A DNA stretch of 64,000 nt from an uncultured Gemmatimonadales bacterium (GTDB lineage Bacteria > Gemmatimonadota > Gemmatimonadetes > Longimicrobiales > RSA9): NCBI GenBank assembly GCA_963741945.1, contig CAVUKA010000006.1:64001-128000 (forward strand), written 5' to 3'. Positions 9,735 to 19,493 of the stretch are shown piece by piece (within the stretch, counting starts at the first letter, position 1; each line of letters opens with the position of its first letter). The notes under the pieces are model-generated. The model saw only the letters and a list, made by a program, of their open reading frames with translations. It was not told the origin of the DNA and searched no databases. A program made the translations under genes and the position numbers.

Positions 9735-10094
9735 GTGCGCTTCCTGCTGCGCCTGCTCGCCACTGCGGCCGCCCTCTGGGTGGCCGTGATCCTGATCCCG
9801 GGCATCCGCTACACCGGCGGATGGCCGGGCTTCCTGGCCGTGGCCCTGGTCTTCGGGCTGGTCAATGCCGTCATCCGCCCGATCCTGAAGCTGCTCACGT
9901 GCCCGCTCGTCATTCTGACGCTCGGGCTGTTCGTCTTCGTGTTGAACGCCTTCCTGCTCTGGTTGAGTGCACAGTTCGCCCAGGGCCTCGGGCTCCCGTT
10001 CTTTGTCGACGGGTTCTGGGCCGCCCTCATCGGCGCACTCCTGGTCGGCGTCGTCAGCACGGTGCTGAATCTGTTCGTCGGGAAGAAGGAGTAG
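9735..10094 (+). CDS. YvlD/DUF360 (phage holin-like family) membrane protein
   Basis: GLVNAVIRPILKLLTCPLVILTLGLFVFVLNA signature; 4 TM segments. Confidence 0.85.
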   Translation: MRFLLRLLATAAALWVAVILIPGIRYTGGWPGFLAVALVFGLVNAVIRPILKLLTCPLVILTLGLFVFVLNAFLLWLSAQFAQGLGLPFFVDGFWAALIGALLVGVVSTVLNLFVGKKE

Positions 10095-10317
10095 CGGCGT
10101 CGGCGGACAGCCCCACGCCGGGCACACCGCCGGGGTGCCGCGCGGTCCGGTGCCCCGGCGGCGACCCCCACGGTGCCCCCCGCGGTGACCCGGAGGCGCC
10201 GCTGCATTTTCACCGGCCGCGCCGTCCCCCGCCGGCCGCGGCGGAGGGCCAACGGACCGGTTCTTGACACTCGGGCGGTCAGCACGCCTTCTTATCCCCG
10301 CACTTCCAGGGACGGAC

Positions 10318-10632
10318 ATGCCCGATCCGGAGATCCAGGACCGCACCGCCGCGAGCCGCTTCACGGCCACCGTGGACGGTGAGACCGCAGAGCTGAAGTA
10401 CGCGCTGGAAGACGGGATGCTCCGCCTGATCCACACCGGTGTGCCGGAGTCGGTGGAAAGCCAGGGGGTGGGCAGCGCGCTGGCTCGCCACGCCCTGGAC
10501 GTGGCCCGGGAGCGCGGTCTGACCGTGTGGCCGGACTGCCCGTTCGTCGCCGAGTGGATGAAGCGGCACCCGGACTACCTGGACCTGCTGGATCCGGCAT
10601 TCCCGCGGCGAAAAGAGCTCGGAGCCGATTGA
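10318..10632 (+). CDS. YjdJ-like GNAT N-acetyltransferase
   Basis: HTGVPESVESQGVGSALAR acetyl-CoA loop and PDCPFV motif. Confidence 0.85.
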   Translation: MPDPEIQDRTAASRFTATVDGETAELKYALEDGMLRLIHTGVPESVESQGVGSALARHALDVARERGLTVWPDCPFVAEWMKRHPDYLDLLDPAFPRRKELGAD

Positions 10633-10645
10633 GGAGGGCCTGCTG

Positions 10646-12163
10646 ATGAAGGTGTGCCTGCTCACGTACGACGACCGCCCGCTGGACTCGCCGCACTCCG
10701 AAACGGTGAAAGCCGACCCGCGCCCGTTCATCCCGCACGCGGAGTGGGAGGTGGTGGAGCTGGAGAAGGCCACGGCCGTGGCCGAGGTCATCCGGCTGAG
10801 CCGCCAGCCCTGCGACCTGTACTTCAACTTCTGTGATGGCGCCTGGGATGCCGACGCCCCGGGCATCGAGGTGGTGCTGACCCTCGAGCAGGCGGGTGTG
10901 CCGTTCACCGGCGCCACGTCCGAGTTCTACGAGCCGTCCCGGGAAGCCATGAAGCGCGTGTGCGCGGCATGGGGGATCGACACGCCCGGGTACGTCCTCG
11001 CCACGGGCGAGACCGGGATCGAGCGCGCGGCGGACACGCTCCGCTTCCCGCTCATTGTCAAGCACCCGAGCAGCTACAGCAGCATCGGAATGACCCGGGA
11101 CTCCCGCGTGGAGGATGCCCGGGCGCTGCGCCGGCAGGCGGAGCGGATGATCGACCGCTTCGGCGGCGCACTCATCGAGGAGTTCATCGAGGGGGGCGAG
11201 GCCACGGTGCTGGTGGCGGAGAACCCGGCCGACCCGGCGTCGCCGACTGCGTTCACGCCCATCGCGTACCGCTTCCCCGAGGGCGAGTCGTTCAAGCACT
11301 TCGACCTGAAGTGGCACGACTACCATGGGCTGCGCGCTTCCCCGGTCGGCGATGGCGAGCTGGCCGACCTCCTGCGCGACCTCTCGGTCCGCATGTTCAC
11401 CGGCCTGAACGGTGCCGGCTACGGCCGCTGCGACCTCCGCATCGACCGGGACGGTCGGCCGTTCATGCTGGAAATCAACCCGAACTGCGGCATCTACTAC
11501 CCGGCCACCGACCCGGGCAGTGCGGACCTCTGCCTCCTGAACGACCCGGCCGGCCACATCGGCTTCACCCGCGACATCGTGGACGCGGCGTTCCGGCGAG
11601 CCGAGCGCCGCCGGCGGGGCTGCGAGGTGCGGGCCACCGGGCCGGGGGAGTACGGCATGTTCGCGACTCGTACATTCGCGCCGGGGGAGACCATCCTTCC
11701 GTTCGAGGAGCGGCCCCACACCCTCGTTACCCGGTCCCGGGTCGAGCGGGAATGGAATAGGCGCGCCCGGGAATGGTTCCGGCGCTACGCCTGGCCGCTG
11801 ACCGACGAGGTGTGGGTGATCTGGTCGCGGGATCCGGAGGACTGGCGCCCCATCAATCACTCGTGCGAACCCACCGCCTGGCTCGCGGGGCTCGACATGG
11901 TGGCCCGCCTCGCCATCGACCCCGGCGACGAGATCACGCTCGACTACGCCACCTATTCCAACGAGGTCGCGCCAGCGTTCGATTGCCGCTGCGGAGCCGA
12001 CACCTGCCGGGGCACGGTTCGCGGCACCGACTATCTCTCCGACGCCATCGCCCGCTACGGCGATCACGTGTCCGACTACGTCCGACAGCGGCGGCAACAG
12101 GCGTCCGATCCGCGCGCACGCATCCCGCACCCGCATCGCCGCGCGGCGTTCGGCGGAGGTTGA
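10646..12163 (+). CDS. Fusion of D-Ala-D-Ala-ligase-like ATP-grasp domain and SET/post-SET methyltransferase domain
   Basis: N-terminal: GVPFTG, FPLIVKH, LIEEFIEG, GYGRCDLR, LEINPNCG. C-terminal: GEYGMFA, INHSCEP, DEITLDY, post-SET CRCGADTC. Confidence 0.85.
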   Translation: MKVCLLTYDDRPLDSPHSETVKADPRPFIPHAEWEVVELEKATAVAEVIRLSRQPCDLYFNFCDGAWDADAPGIEVVLTLEQAGVPFTGATSEFYEPSREAMKRVCAAWGIDTPGYVLATGETGIERAADTLRFPLIVKHPSSYSSIGMTRDSRVEDARALRRQAERMIDRFGGALIEEFIEGGEATVLVAENPADPASPTAFTPIAYRFPEGESFKHFDLKWHDYHGLRASPVGDGELADLLRDLSVRMFTGLNGAGYGRCDLRIDRDGRPFMLEINPNCGIYYPATDPGSADLCLLNDPAGHIGFTRDIVDAAFRRAERRRRGCEVRATGPGEYGMFATRTFAPGETILPFEERPHTLVTRSRVEREWNRRAREWFRRYAWPLTDEVWVIWSRDPEDWRPINHSCEPTAWLAGLDMVARLAIDPGDEITLDYATYSNEVAPAFDCRCGADTCRGTVRGTDYLSDAIARYGDHVSDYVRQRRQQASDPRARIPHPHRRAAFGGG

Positions 12164-12239
12164 CGGATCCGGACCGCGTCGCCACGATCGGTGTACCCCA
12201 TTCCGAAGACTCCCGGCAGAACCCCCGCACCCGAGTGAT

Positions 12240-13463
12240 ATGAGCGAGACAGCAGCGGCGAAGACAGCGCCCGCGGAAGCGTTCCACGACGACATCATCT
12301 ATCCGGCCACGATCCCGTTCATGCTGGTCCACCTGGCTGCCTTCGCCGCCATCTGGACGGGCGTTTCCGTGGGAGCGGTCGTCGCCTGCCTGGCGCTCTA
12401 CGTGGTGCGCATGATCATCGTCACGGCGGGCTTTCACCGCTATTTCTCGCACCGCTCCTTCCGGACGAGCCGGGTCGGGCAGTTCGTGCTCGCGTTCCTG
12501 GCCCAGACATCGCTCCAGCGAGGGGTGATCTGGTGGGCGGCCATCCACCGGCACCACCACAGGCATTCGGACACGGAGCGGGACGTGCACTCGCCGCGGC
12601 AGCGGGGCTTCCTCTATTCCCACGTAGGCTGGATCTTCTCCAACCGCGAGGACACGCCGGACTATTCCACCGTCCAGGACCTCACGGCGTATCCCGAGCT
12701 CCGGTTCCTGGAGAGATTTCATCACCTGCCGTGGGTGGTCGTGGCGGGCGTGATCCTGCTGGTCTGGGGCTGGCAGGCGCTGGTGGTGAGCTGGATCTGG
12801 AGCACGATCCTCCTCTATCACGGCTCCTTTTCCATCAACTCACTGGCCCACGTGCACGGCCATCAGCGGTACGTCACCGGCGATGATTCCCGCAACAACT
12901 GGTGGCTGGCCATCATCACCATGGGTGAAGGCTGGCACAACAACCACCACGCCTACCAGAGCTCCACGCGACAGGGGTTCCGCTGGTACGAGTGGGACCT
13001 GACCTACTACACGCTCGAGGCGCTTGCCTGGATCCGCGTGGTCTGGGACCTGCGCTCGCCGCCCGCCGAAGTGGTGAACAACGAGCGTCGCCTCGGCCGG
13101 CGCGTGGTGGACCAGGTGGCGCACCAGATCGCCGAGTCGTTCCCCGTCGAGCGGATGGCCGCCCAGCTCCGCACCGCCTGGGACCAGGTGCCGGGGCTCG
13201 AGGATATCCGCGCCGATCTCGCCAGCCGCGCCGCCGACGCCCGCGCCCGGGCCAGCGACGCCCGCGCCCGTCTCGCCGAGCGGCTGGAGAACGTGCACGC
13301 CCCCCACGTTCCCTCGCTGGACGAGGTCCGCGAACGCGTCCGCAAGCGCTTCGACCAGGTCCCCGAAGTCTCCGTCGATGAGATCGCCCGGCGGACCCAT
13401 CGCATCCTGCTGGAGACCCTGTCCGTTCACCTGCTGGACGGCCCCGGACCGCTCCCCGCGTGA
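12240..13463 (+). CDS. Delta-9-type acyl-CoA/acyl-lipid fatty acid desaturase with C-terminal extension
   Basis: His boxes HRYFSH, HRHHH and GEGWHNNHH. Confidence 0.9.
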   Translation: MSETAAAKTAPAEAFHDDIIYPATIPFMLVHLAAFAAIWTGVSVGAVVACLALYVVRMIIVTAGFHRYFSHRSFRTSRVGQFVLAFLAQTSLQRGVIWWAAIHRHHHRHSDTERDVHSPRQRGFLYSHVGWIFSNREDTPDYSTVQDLTAYPELRFLERFHHLPWVVVAGVILLVWGWQALVVSWIWSTILLYHGSFSINSLAHVHGHQRYVTGDDSRNNWWLAIITMGEGWHNNHHAYQSSTRQGFRWYEWDLTYYTLEALAWIRVVWDLRSPPAEVVNNERRLGRRVVDQVAHQIAESFPVERMAAQLRTAWDQVPGLEDIRADLASRAADARARASDARARLAERLENVHAPHVPSLDEVRERVRKRFDQVPEVSVDEIARRTHRILLETLSVHLLDGPGPLPA

Positions 13464-13549
13464 GCGCGGGCGACGACGGGGCCGGCTGAGCCCGGCCGGG
13501 CCGGACCCCGGCCCCACTCTTTCCGAAGCGATCAAACACACGGAGCGCA

Positions 13550-14023
13550 ATGGCGAACCCTACGGCCACAATCGAGACCAACCACGGCACCATCCGCGTC
13601 GAGCTCTTTCAGGGCCGCGCCCCGGAGACCGTCCGCAACTTCATTGAGCTCGCCGGCAAGGGCTTCTACGACGGCGTGGTCTTCCACCGCGTCATCGAGG
13701 GCTTCATGATCCAGGGCGGCGACCCGGACGGCACCGGACGCGGCGGCCCGGGCTACACGATTCCGGACGAGTTCCATTCCGAGCTGCGCCACGACCAGAA
13801 GGGCATCCTGTCCATGGCCAACGCGGGCCCGAACACGGGTGGCTCCCAGTTCTTCATCACGCTGGCCGCCACGCCCTGGCTCGACAATCGCCACGCCGTC
13901 TTCGGCAAGGTGATCGACGGGATGGACGTGGTGGAGGAGATCGGCAGCGTCGCCACCGGCGCCGGGGACCGCCCGAAGAAGGAAGTGCGGATGGAGTCGG
14001 TCACGGTCCAGCAGGACGAATAG
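13550..14023 (+). CDS. Cyclophilin-type peptidyl-prolyl cis-trans isomerase
   Basis: [39 protein letters not shown]. Confidence 0.97.
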   Translation: MANPTATIETNHGTIRVELFQGRAPETVRNFIELAGKGFYDGVVFHRVIEGFMIQGGDPDGTGRGGPGYTIPDEFHSELRHDQKGILSMANAGPNTGGSQFFITLAATPWLDNRHAVFGKVIDGMDVVEEIGSVATGAGDRPKKEVRMESVTVQQDE

Positions 14024-14087
14024 CGGCGGCCACCGCACGTCGGCAGGACCGCACCGGCCCGGGACGCGCCCGGAGCGCTGGGCGCCG

Positions 14088-14852
14088 CTACGGCCGCGGC
14101 GAGCTCCAGGGCACGGGCGTGTCGCCATCCAGCGGCTCTACCAGGCCGTAGTCCCTGAGCAGCGCCCGGTCGGCCAGGAGGTCGGCTGTGCCACCGGTCG
14201 CCACCACGCGGCCGCCCGCCAGCACCACCGCCTGGTCGCACACGGCCGCCGCCAGCTCCAGGTCGTGGGTGGCGAGCACCAGTGTCTCGTTCCGGGAGAG
14301 AAGCAGTCGCGCCACCGTCGCACGGGCCCGGGCATCGAGTCCCGCCGTGGGCTCATCCAGGACCAGGACCGACGGCCTCGACACCAGCACCGTGGCGAGC
14401 GCGGCCAGCCGCCGCTCACCGCCGCTCAGGTGGTGCGCCGCGCGCCCGGCATGGCCGCCCAGTCCGAGCGCCGCCAGCTGCGAGCGCGCCCTCGCCTCGG
14501 CTTCCACCGGGGACTCGCCCGCATTCAGCGGGCCGAACGCCACGTCCTCCAGGAGCGTCGGCAGGAAGAGCTGGTCCTCCGCGTCCTGGAAGACGAAGCC
14601 GACGCGACGCCGGACTTCCCGCACCGAGGCGTCCGTCACCGGCACGCCCTCCACCAGGACCCGCCCGCTCGTGGGGCGGAGCAGGCCGTTGGCATGGAGC
14701 AGCAGCGTGCTCTTCCCCGCTCCGTTCGCCCCGAGCACGGCCACGCGCTCCCCCGCCATCACTTCCCAGGTCACGTCCGCCAGCACCGGGGCGCCGCCCG
14801 GATAGGCGAACCCGACCTCCTCGAAGCGCAGCGCTCCGGCCTGCCCGCTCAC
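14088..14852 (-). CDS. cbiO: ECF Co/Ni transporter ATPase
   Basis: Walker A GANGAGKST, VGFVFQDAEDQLF, LSGGE, LVLDEPT; GTG start overlaps the cbiQ stop. Confidence 0.9.
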   Translation of the reverse strand: MSGQAGALRFEEVGFAYPGGAPVLADVTWEVMAGERVAVLGANGAGKSTLLLHANGLLRPTSGRVLVEGVPVTDASVREVRRRVGFVFQDAEDQLFLPTLLEDVAFGPLNAGESPVEAEARARSQLAALGLGGHAGRAAHHLSGGERRLAALATVLVSRPSVLVLDEPTAGLDARARATVARLLLSRNETLVLATHDLELAAAVCDQAVVLAGGRVVATGGTADLLADRALLRDYGLVEPLDGDTPVPWSSPRP

Positions 14853-15610
14853 GACAGCGCGCTCCCGACCACCACGGCCACCACCAGTGCCAGACCCGTG
14901 AGCTCCAGCGCCGGACGGCCCGCCCCCGCAGGCGGGTGCAGCACGGGCATCTCCCCCTGGTATCCGCGGCTGAGCATCGCGCGGTAGACCATCTCGCTGC
15001 GGTCGAAGCTCCGCTGCACCGCGGCCGCCGTGATCCCGACGAGCAGGCGACGCCGGGACGCGCTTCCCCGGCCCGCGTTCCGGCTCCGGGCCGCTCGACG
15101 CAGCCGGTCCACTTCGTCCGACAGCGTGTACAGGAACCGGTACGCCAGTCCGAGGGAGGAAGTGACCACCCGCGGGAGCCGCAGCGTGCGGAAGGCCACG
15201 ATCAGGTCGTTGAACCGCGTGGTGCTCACCAGAACCACCGCCGCGCCGATGGCCACTGCCGCGCGGCCCACGATCGATCCGAAACGCAGGAGCCCCGCAT
15301 CCGTCACCGTGGCCGGTCCGAAACGGACCACCGCCTGCCCCGGCACCACGAAGAGGATGCCCACCGAGACCAGCACGACCAGGGCGAGCGGGGGAGCCAG
15401 GCGGGCAAAGAACGGGGCGGGCGGGATCCGGGCCAGCGCGGCCAGCAGCCCGACGAGCAGCGCCAGCCCCGCCAGCTGCGGCCAGGCGCCGAGCGGAAGT
15501 AGCGCGGACCCCGTGGCCACGAGCACGGTCCCGACCAGCCGCACGGTGGGAGAACGCCGCGTCAGCGCCGAATCCACCTGCGCGTACTGATCCAGGTGAT
15601 GAAAGCTCAC
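14849..15610 (-). CDS. cbiQ: ECF Co/Ni transporter T component
   Basis: LAYRFL...ARSR and AMLSRGY coupling motifs; lies between cbiM and cbiO. Confidence 0.88.
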   Translation of the reverse strand: MSFHHLDQYAQVDSALTRRSPTVRLVGTVLVATGSALLPLGAWPQLAGLALLVGLLAALARIPPAPFFARLAPPLALVVLVSVGILFVVPGQAVVRFGPATVTDAGLLRFGSIVGRAAVAIGAAVVLVSTTRFNDLIVAFRTLRLPRVVTSSLGLAYRFLYTLSDEVDRLRRAARSRNAGRGSASRRRLLVGITAAAVQRSFDRSEMVYRAMLSRGYQGEMPVLHPPAGAGRPALELTGLALVVAVVVGSALS

Positions 15611-16524
15611 GCGGCGCCACGCGGGCGGCCGGCCAGCCTGAAGACCAGCCAGCCGAGGACGAACACCACGGCTACCCCTATGAGCGCCGCCACCCACGCC
15701 CCGCCCATCGGCGCCGAGTACCCCGCGAGCGGCGATGCCGCGGCGTGCTCCGGCGCGTGTAGCCCCACGGCCGCGGCCGAGCTCTCCAGCGCGTCCGGCA
15801 GCCCCGACGCCCATGTCGCGGCCGACAGCGCCACCACCACCGCCGCCCCGCTCGCCACCGCCACCACCCGGCCCCGCCGGGTGACGGGCGCACCGGTGCG
15901 CAGCAGCTCCGGGCGCGAGCGAAGGACCATGGAAACCACTCCCGCCGTGATCACCGCCTCCGTCAGCCCCACCAGCACGTGCGCTCCGCCAACCGCCAGC
16001 ACTGCCGTTCTCACCGGCACGACGCCCGAAAGCCCCAGCTCCAGCGCCGCCGCGATGCCCGTGGCCAGCGCGGACACGAACGCCGCCCCCGCCGCCGCCA
16101 CCACCCGCCCCCGCCCCCGGTCACCCAGCGCGAGGACGCCCCACCGGTACACCAGCCAGCCGCCTCCGGCGCCGATCACCGCCAGGTTGAACGTGTTCGC
16201 TCCCAGCGCCGTGATCCCGCCATCCTGGAACAGCAGCGCCTGCACGAGCACGACGGAGAACATGGCCAGCATCCCCGCCCAGGGCCCCGCGATCGCCGCG
16301 ACCAGCACGCCCCCGAGCAGGTGCGCGCTCGTCCCCGCGCCCAGCGGGAAGTTGAACATCTGTGCGGCGAACACGAACGCGGTCGCGGCGCCCAGCACCG
16401 GGGCCTGCCGCTCTCCCAGCGCATCCCTCGAACGCCGGGCCGCCACGCCCAGCGCAACGGCGCTCAGGGCCGTCGTCCCCGCCAGAACCGACGGGCTGAG
16501 GAATCCGTCCGGTATGTGGGCCAC
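15607..16524 (-). CDS. cbiM: ECF Co/Ni transporter S component CbiM/NikM with fused PDGLE-like (NikN-like) C-terminus
   Basis: GTG start after GGAGGAG; (M)AHIPDGFL, GTSAHLLG, QDGGITALGAN; C-terminal GLPDALE. Confidence 0.9.
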   Translation of the reverse strand: MAHIPDGFLSPSVLAGTTALSAVALGVAARRSRDALGERQAPVLGAATAFVFAAQMFNFPLGAGTSAHLLGGVLVAAIAGPWAGMLAMFSVVLVQALLFQDGGITALGANTFNLAVIGAGGGWLVYRWGVLALGDRGRGRVVAAAGAAFVSALATGIAAALELGLSGVVPVRTAVLAVGGAHVLVGLTEAVITAGVVSMVLRSRPELLRTGAPVTRRGRVVAVASGAAVVVALSAATWASGLPDALESSAAAVGLHAPEHAAASPLAGYSAPMGGAWVAALIGVAVVFVLGWLVFRLAGRPRGAA

Positions 16525-16697
16525 CGCCCCATCTCCTCCAAGAGGTGAGAGTGGATCGTAACCGTCCGCCAGCCCGGCGATCAAGCCGGAAATCGCCCCG
16601 TTCTCCCGTGGGGAACCTCCCTTCGCCCCTCGCCGACCTTCCCCGCCACCCCTATTCTCCCCCGAACGGCAACCCACGACCACCGGAGAGCCCCATC

Positions 16698-17570
16698 GTG
16701 CCCGGCTACACCGCGCAAGACCTCGTCACCCTGCTCGAGCTGGAGCCGCTGGAATACAATATCTACCGCGGTCGCAACCGTGACATCGGGACACCGCAGA
16801 TCTACGGCGGGCAGGTGCTCGCACAGTCGCTGGTGGCAGCGAGCAGGACCGTCGACGACGACCGGCCGGTCCACTCGCTCCACGGCTATTTCATTCTGCC
16901 CGGGGAGCTCGATGCTCCGATCGTCTATTTCGTCGACCGGTTGCGAGATGGGGGGAGCTTCACGACCCGCCGCGTCACGGCGATCCAGCGCGGACGCGCC
17001 ATCTTCAACATGTCCGCTTCCTTCCACCGCGTGGAGCCGGGGCCGGACCACCAGACGCCCATGCCGGACGTCCCGCCCCCCGAGGCGCTGCCATCCGAGC
17101 TGGAGCTGCTCCGGGGCATGCGCGGCCGGATCCCGGAGAAGCTCCGCGGCATCCTGACGCAGGACCGGCCCCTGGACTGGCGACCCGTCGATCCGGTGGA
17201 CCCGTTCGACCCCGAGCCCCGGCCCCCCGTCCGGCAGCTCTGGGTGCGTGCCATCGGCGAGGTCCGCGACCCGCTGCACCACGCCGCGATCCTCGCCTAC
17301 GCCTCCGACTACGGCATCCTCGGCTCCGCCCTCCAGCCCCACGGGATCACGTTCCGCAGGGGCGACGTCATGGTCGCATCACTCGACCACGCCATCTGGT
17401 TCCACCGCCCCTTCCGCATCGATGACTGGCTCCTCTACTCGATGGAGAGCCCGTCCGCCGCCGGGGCCCTCGGTTTCGGACGCGGCGCGTTCTACACCCG
17501 CGACGGCGTGCTGGTGGCTTCCGTCGCACAGGAAGGGCTGGTACGGCCGCTCGAGCGCCGCGACCGCTAA
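16698..17570 (+). CDS. tesB: Acyl-CoA thioesterase II
   Basis: IYGGQVLAQ, HSLHGYF, RDGGSFTTRRV, LAYASD, ASLDHAIWFH, SVAQEGL. Confidence 0.95.
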   Translation: MPGYTAQDLVTLLELEPLEYNIYRGRNRDIGTPQIYGGQVLAQSLVAASRTVDDDRPVHSLHGYFILPGELDAPIVYFVDRLRDGGSFTTRRVTAIQRGRAIFNMSASFHRVEPGPDHQTPMPDVPPPEALPSELELLRGMRGRIPEKLRGILTQDRPLDWRPVDPVDPFDPEPRPPVRQLWVRAIGEVRDPLHHAAILAYASDYGILGSALQPHGITFRRGDVMVASLDHAIWFHRPFRIDDWLLYSMESPSAAGALGFGRGAFYTRDGVLVASVAQEGLVRPLERRDR

Positions 17571-18496
17571 GCTGCCGCCGACTCCGTTTCCGCGCGCCGG
17601 CCATCATGGCCCACGAGCACGGGAACCGGGGACGCCCGCACCACCTTGTCCGCCACGCTCCCCAGCACGGCCCGCGCTACCGCGCTGCGCCGGTGCGTGC
17701 CCACGGCCACCAGGTCGCAGTCCAGGTCCCGGATGGCCGTGAGAATGCCGCGCGCCGGATGATACGCCTTCACCAGCTGGACCCGGGTGTTCACCTCCGG
17801 CGGCAGCCGTGACCGCGTGGCCGCCAGCCCCTCCTCCGCCTCGCGCTCCCGCTCACGGCTCACGTCCCGGTCCATCTCCGCGGCGTGCGGGATGTACGGC
17901 GAGGCAAGGCCGGATGGGACCGAGACCACCCGGAGCACCGTGAGGCGCGCATCGAACAGCCGCGCCAGCGCCGCGGCGTGGTCTACCGCGGCTTCGGCTG
18001 CGTCCGTGCCGTCCGTGGCGGCCAGCACATGCCGGAGCCGGGCGTCCGGCGGCGTCGCTTCCCCGCTTTCCGGCCGCACCAGCAGTACGGGGACGGACAC
18101 GTGCCGGACCACGCTGTCCGCCACGCTCCCGAGCCACGCCCGCTCCACGCCACCGCGGCCATGGGTGGCCATCACCACCAGGTCCGCATGGCCCTCCGCC
18201 CACTCGATGAGGGAATCCGCCACGTCGCCTTCCAGCAGCGCAGAATGGACCGCGATGCCGTCGCTTCGCAGCGACTCCGACCGCCGGGACAGGTACTCGA
18301 GCTCGCGCTGCTGGAGCGCCTTCTGCCACTCATCCAGCGCCAGCACCGCCATCTCGACGGGGTAGCGCGAGAGAGTGGCCTGGACCAGCGCCAGGGTGAC
18401 CTCGGCTTCGGCTTTCCGCGCGATCGGCCGCGCCCACGCCAGCGCGTGCTCGGAAAACGTGGAGCCGTCCAGCGGGACCAGCACGCTTCGAAACAT
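17567..18496 (-). CDS. Universal stress protein (tandem USP domains)
   Basis: VLVPLDGS...MATHGRGG...LGSVAD...VPVLLV occurs twice. Confidence 0.95.
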   Translation of the reverse strand: MFRSVLVPLDGSTFSEHALAWARPIARKAEAEVTLALVQATLSRYPVEMAVLALDEWQKALQQRELEYLSRRSESLRSDGIAVHSALLEGDVADSLIEWAEGHADLVVMATHGRGGVERAWLGSVADSVVRHVSVPVLLVRPESGEATPPDARLRHVLAATDGTDAAEAAVDHAAALARLFDARLTVLRVVSVPSGLASPYIPHAAEMDRDVSREREREAEEGLAATRSRLPPEVNTRVQLVKAYHPARGILTAIRDLDCDLVAVGTHRRSAVARAVLGSVADKVVRASPVPVLVGHDGRRAETESAAA

Positions 18497-18661
18497 GCGT
18501 TCCTCCCCGGCGGCACGAGACCCCCCGACGAGCTGGCGCGGGGCGCACCCTCGACGATGGATCGCGCTGCCCCCTCTCATGGCCATTCTTCCTCGGGCCT
18601 CCACGGCCCCGCGCTCCAATATGCGGCCGCGCGCGGACGGCCGATATGATGTCGAAGCGCT

Positions 18662-19393
18662 TCAGGTCGCCTGGCGCGAGCCCAGGAGCAGCTCGACGGC
18701 GGCTGAGAATCCGGGGACACGGGGGAAGCCGTTGTGGAGTGGCTCCACCACGTCGTGCTGCCAGGGGCGGGCGACCTCGACCAGGATGGCGCGCGCGCCG
18801 ATCTCGAGCGCGGGGTTGATGTCGCTCCGCAGGCTGTTGCCGACCATGCACGCGCGACCGGGATCGTGGATGCCGAACTCGTCGAGCGTCTGACGCAGCG
18901 CTTCGGCCGTCTTCACCGGGACCACTTTCACGCGCGCCTCTCCCACTACCTCCAGGGCGCCGGAGTCCCGAAGGCAGCCCATCTGATAATCCGCATCGCC
19001 CGACTGGGTGTAGAGGACCGTGCGCAGCGACAGGACCAGTCGCTTGAGCGCATCCAGCGCGCCGGTCAGCGGAGGCGGTGTGCCGGCGACCGCCTCGCCC
19101 AGCGCGCCACAGCGCTCCAGCAGTGCGGCATCGACCTGCACGCCTCCCCGCTCGCACACGGTTCGGTACGTCTCCCGGAACGCGACCCCCATCCTGCGCG
19201 GACCGAACCCGTGCCGTGCACGCATCACGGGGTCCACCTCATGGTGGTGCACCCGGTGGACCACCGCCGGATCGAACCCCTCGGCTTTCAGAAGTGTGAA
19301 GAGCGCGTCGCGCGCCTGGGCGAAGCGCGGGGCCGTATCGACCAGGGTGTCATCGAAATCCACCAGCACGAGGTCGGGCTTCTCGGTTGTCAT
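18662..19393 (-). CDS. HAD family hydrolase
   Basis: Motif I DFDDTLVDT; motif IV MVGNSLRSDINPA. Confidence 0.9.
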   Translation of the reverse strand: MTTEKPDLVLVDFDDTLVDTAPRFAQARDALFTLLKAEGFDPAVVHRVHHHEVDPVMRARHGFGPRRMGVAFRETYRTVCERGGVQVDAALLERCGALGEAVAGTPPPLTGALDALKRLVLSLRTVLYTQSGDADYQMGCLRDSGALEVVGEARVKVVPVKTAEALRQTLDEFGIHDPGRACMVGNSLRSDINPALEIGARAILVEVARPWQHDVVEPLHNGFPRVPGFSAAVELLLGSRQAT

Positions 19394-19493
19394 GGGCGAG
19401 AAGTTGAACGGGTTTTCCGATCCCGCGCAACGTCGCGGCGGCACGGAACCTGCCCTTTTTCGCGCGTGACGGGAGGTTTGGAGGGGTAGCCGA

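Noticed and set aside
9735-10094. Holin-like gene as evidence of a prophage
   Set aside because: The YvlD/DUF360 family is commonly chromosomal; no endolysin, capsid, terminase or integrase nearby.
10264-10300. TTGACA -35 box upstream of the GNAT gene
   Set aside because: No credible -10 hexamer at 16-18 bp spacing.
16525-16697. Cobalamin or NiCo riboswitch upstream of cbiM
   Set aside because: Conserved B12-box elements not recognisable by eye; an Rfam scan would be needed.
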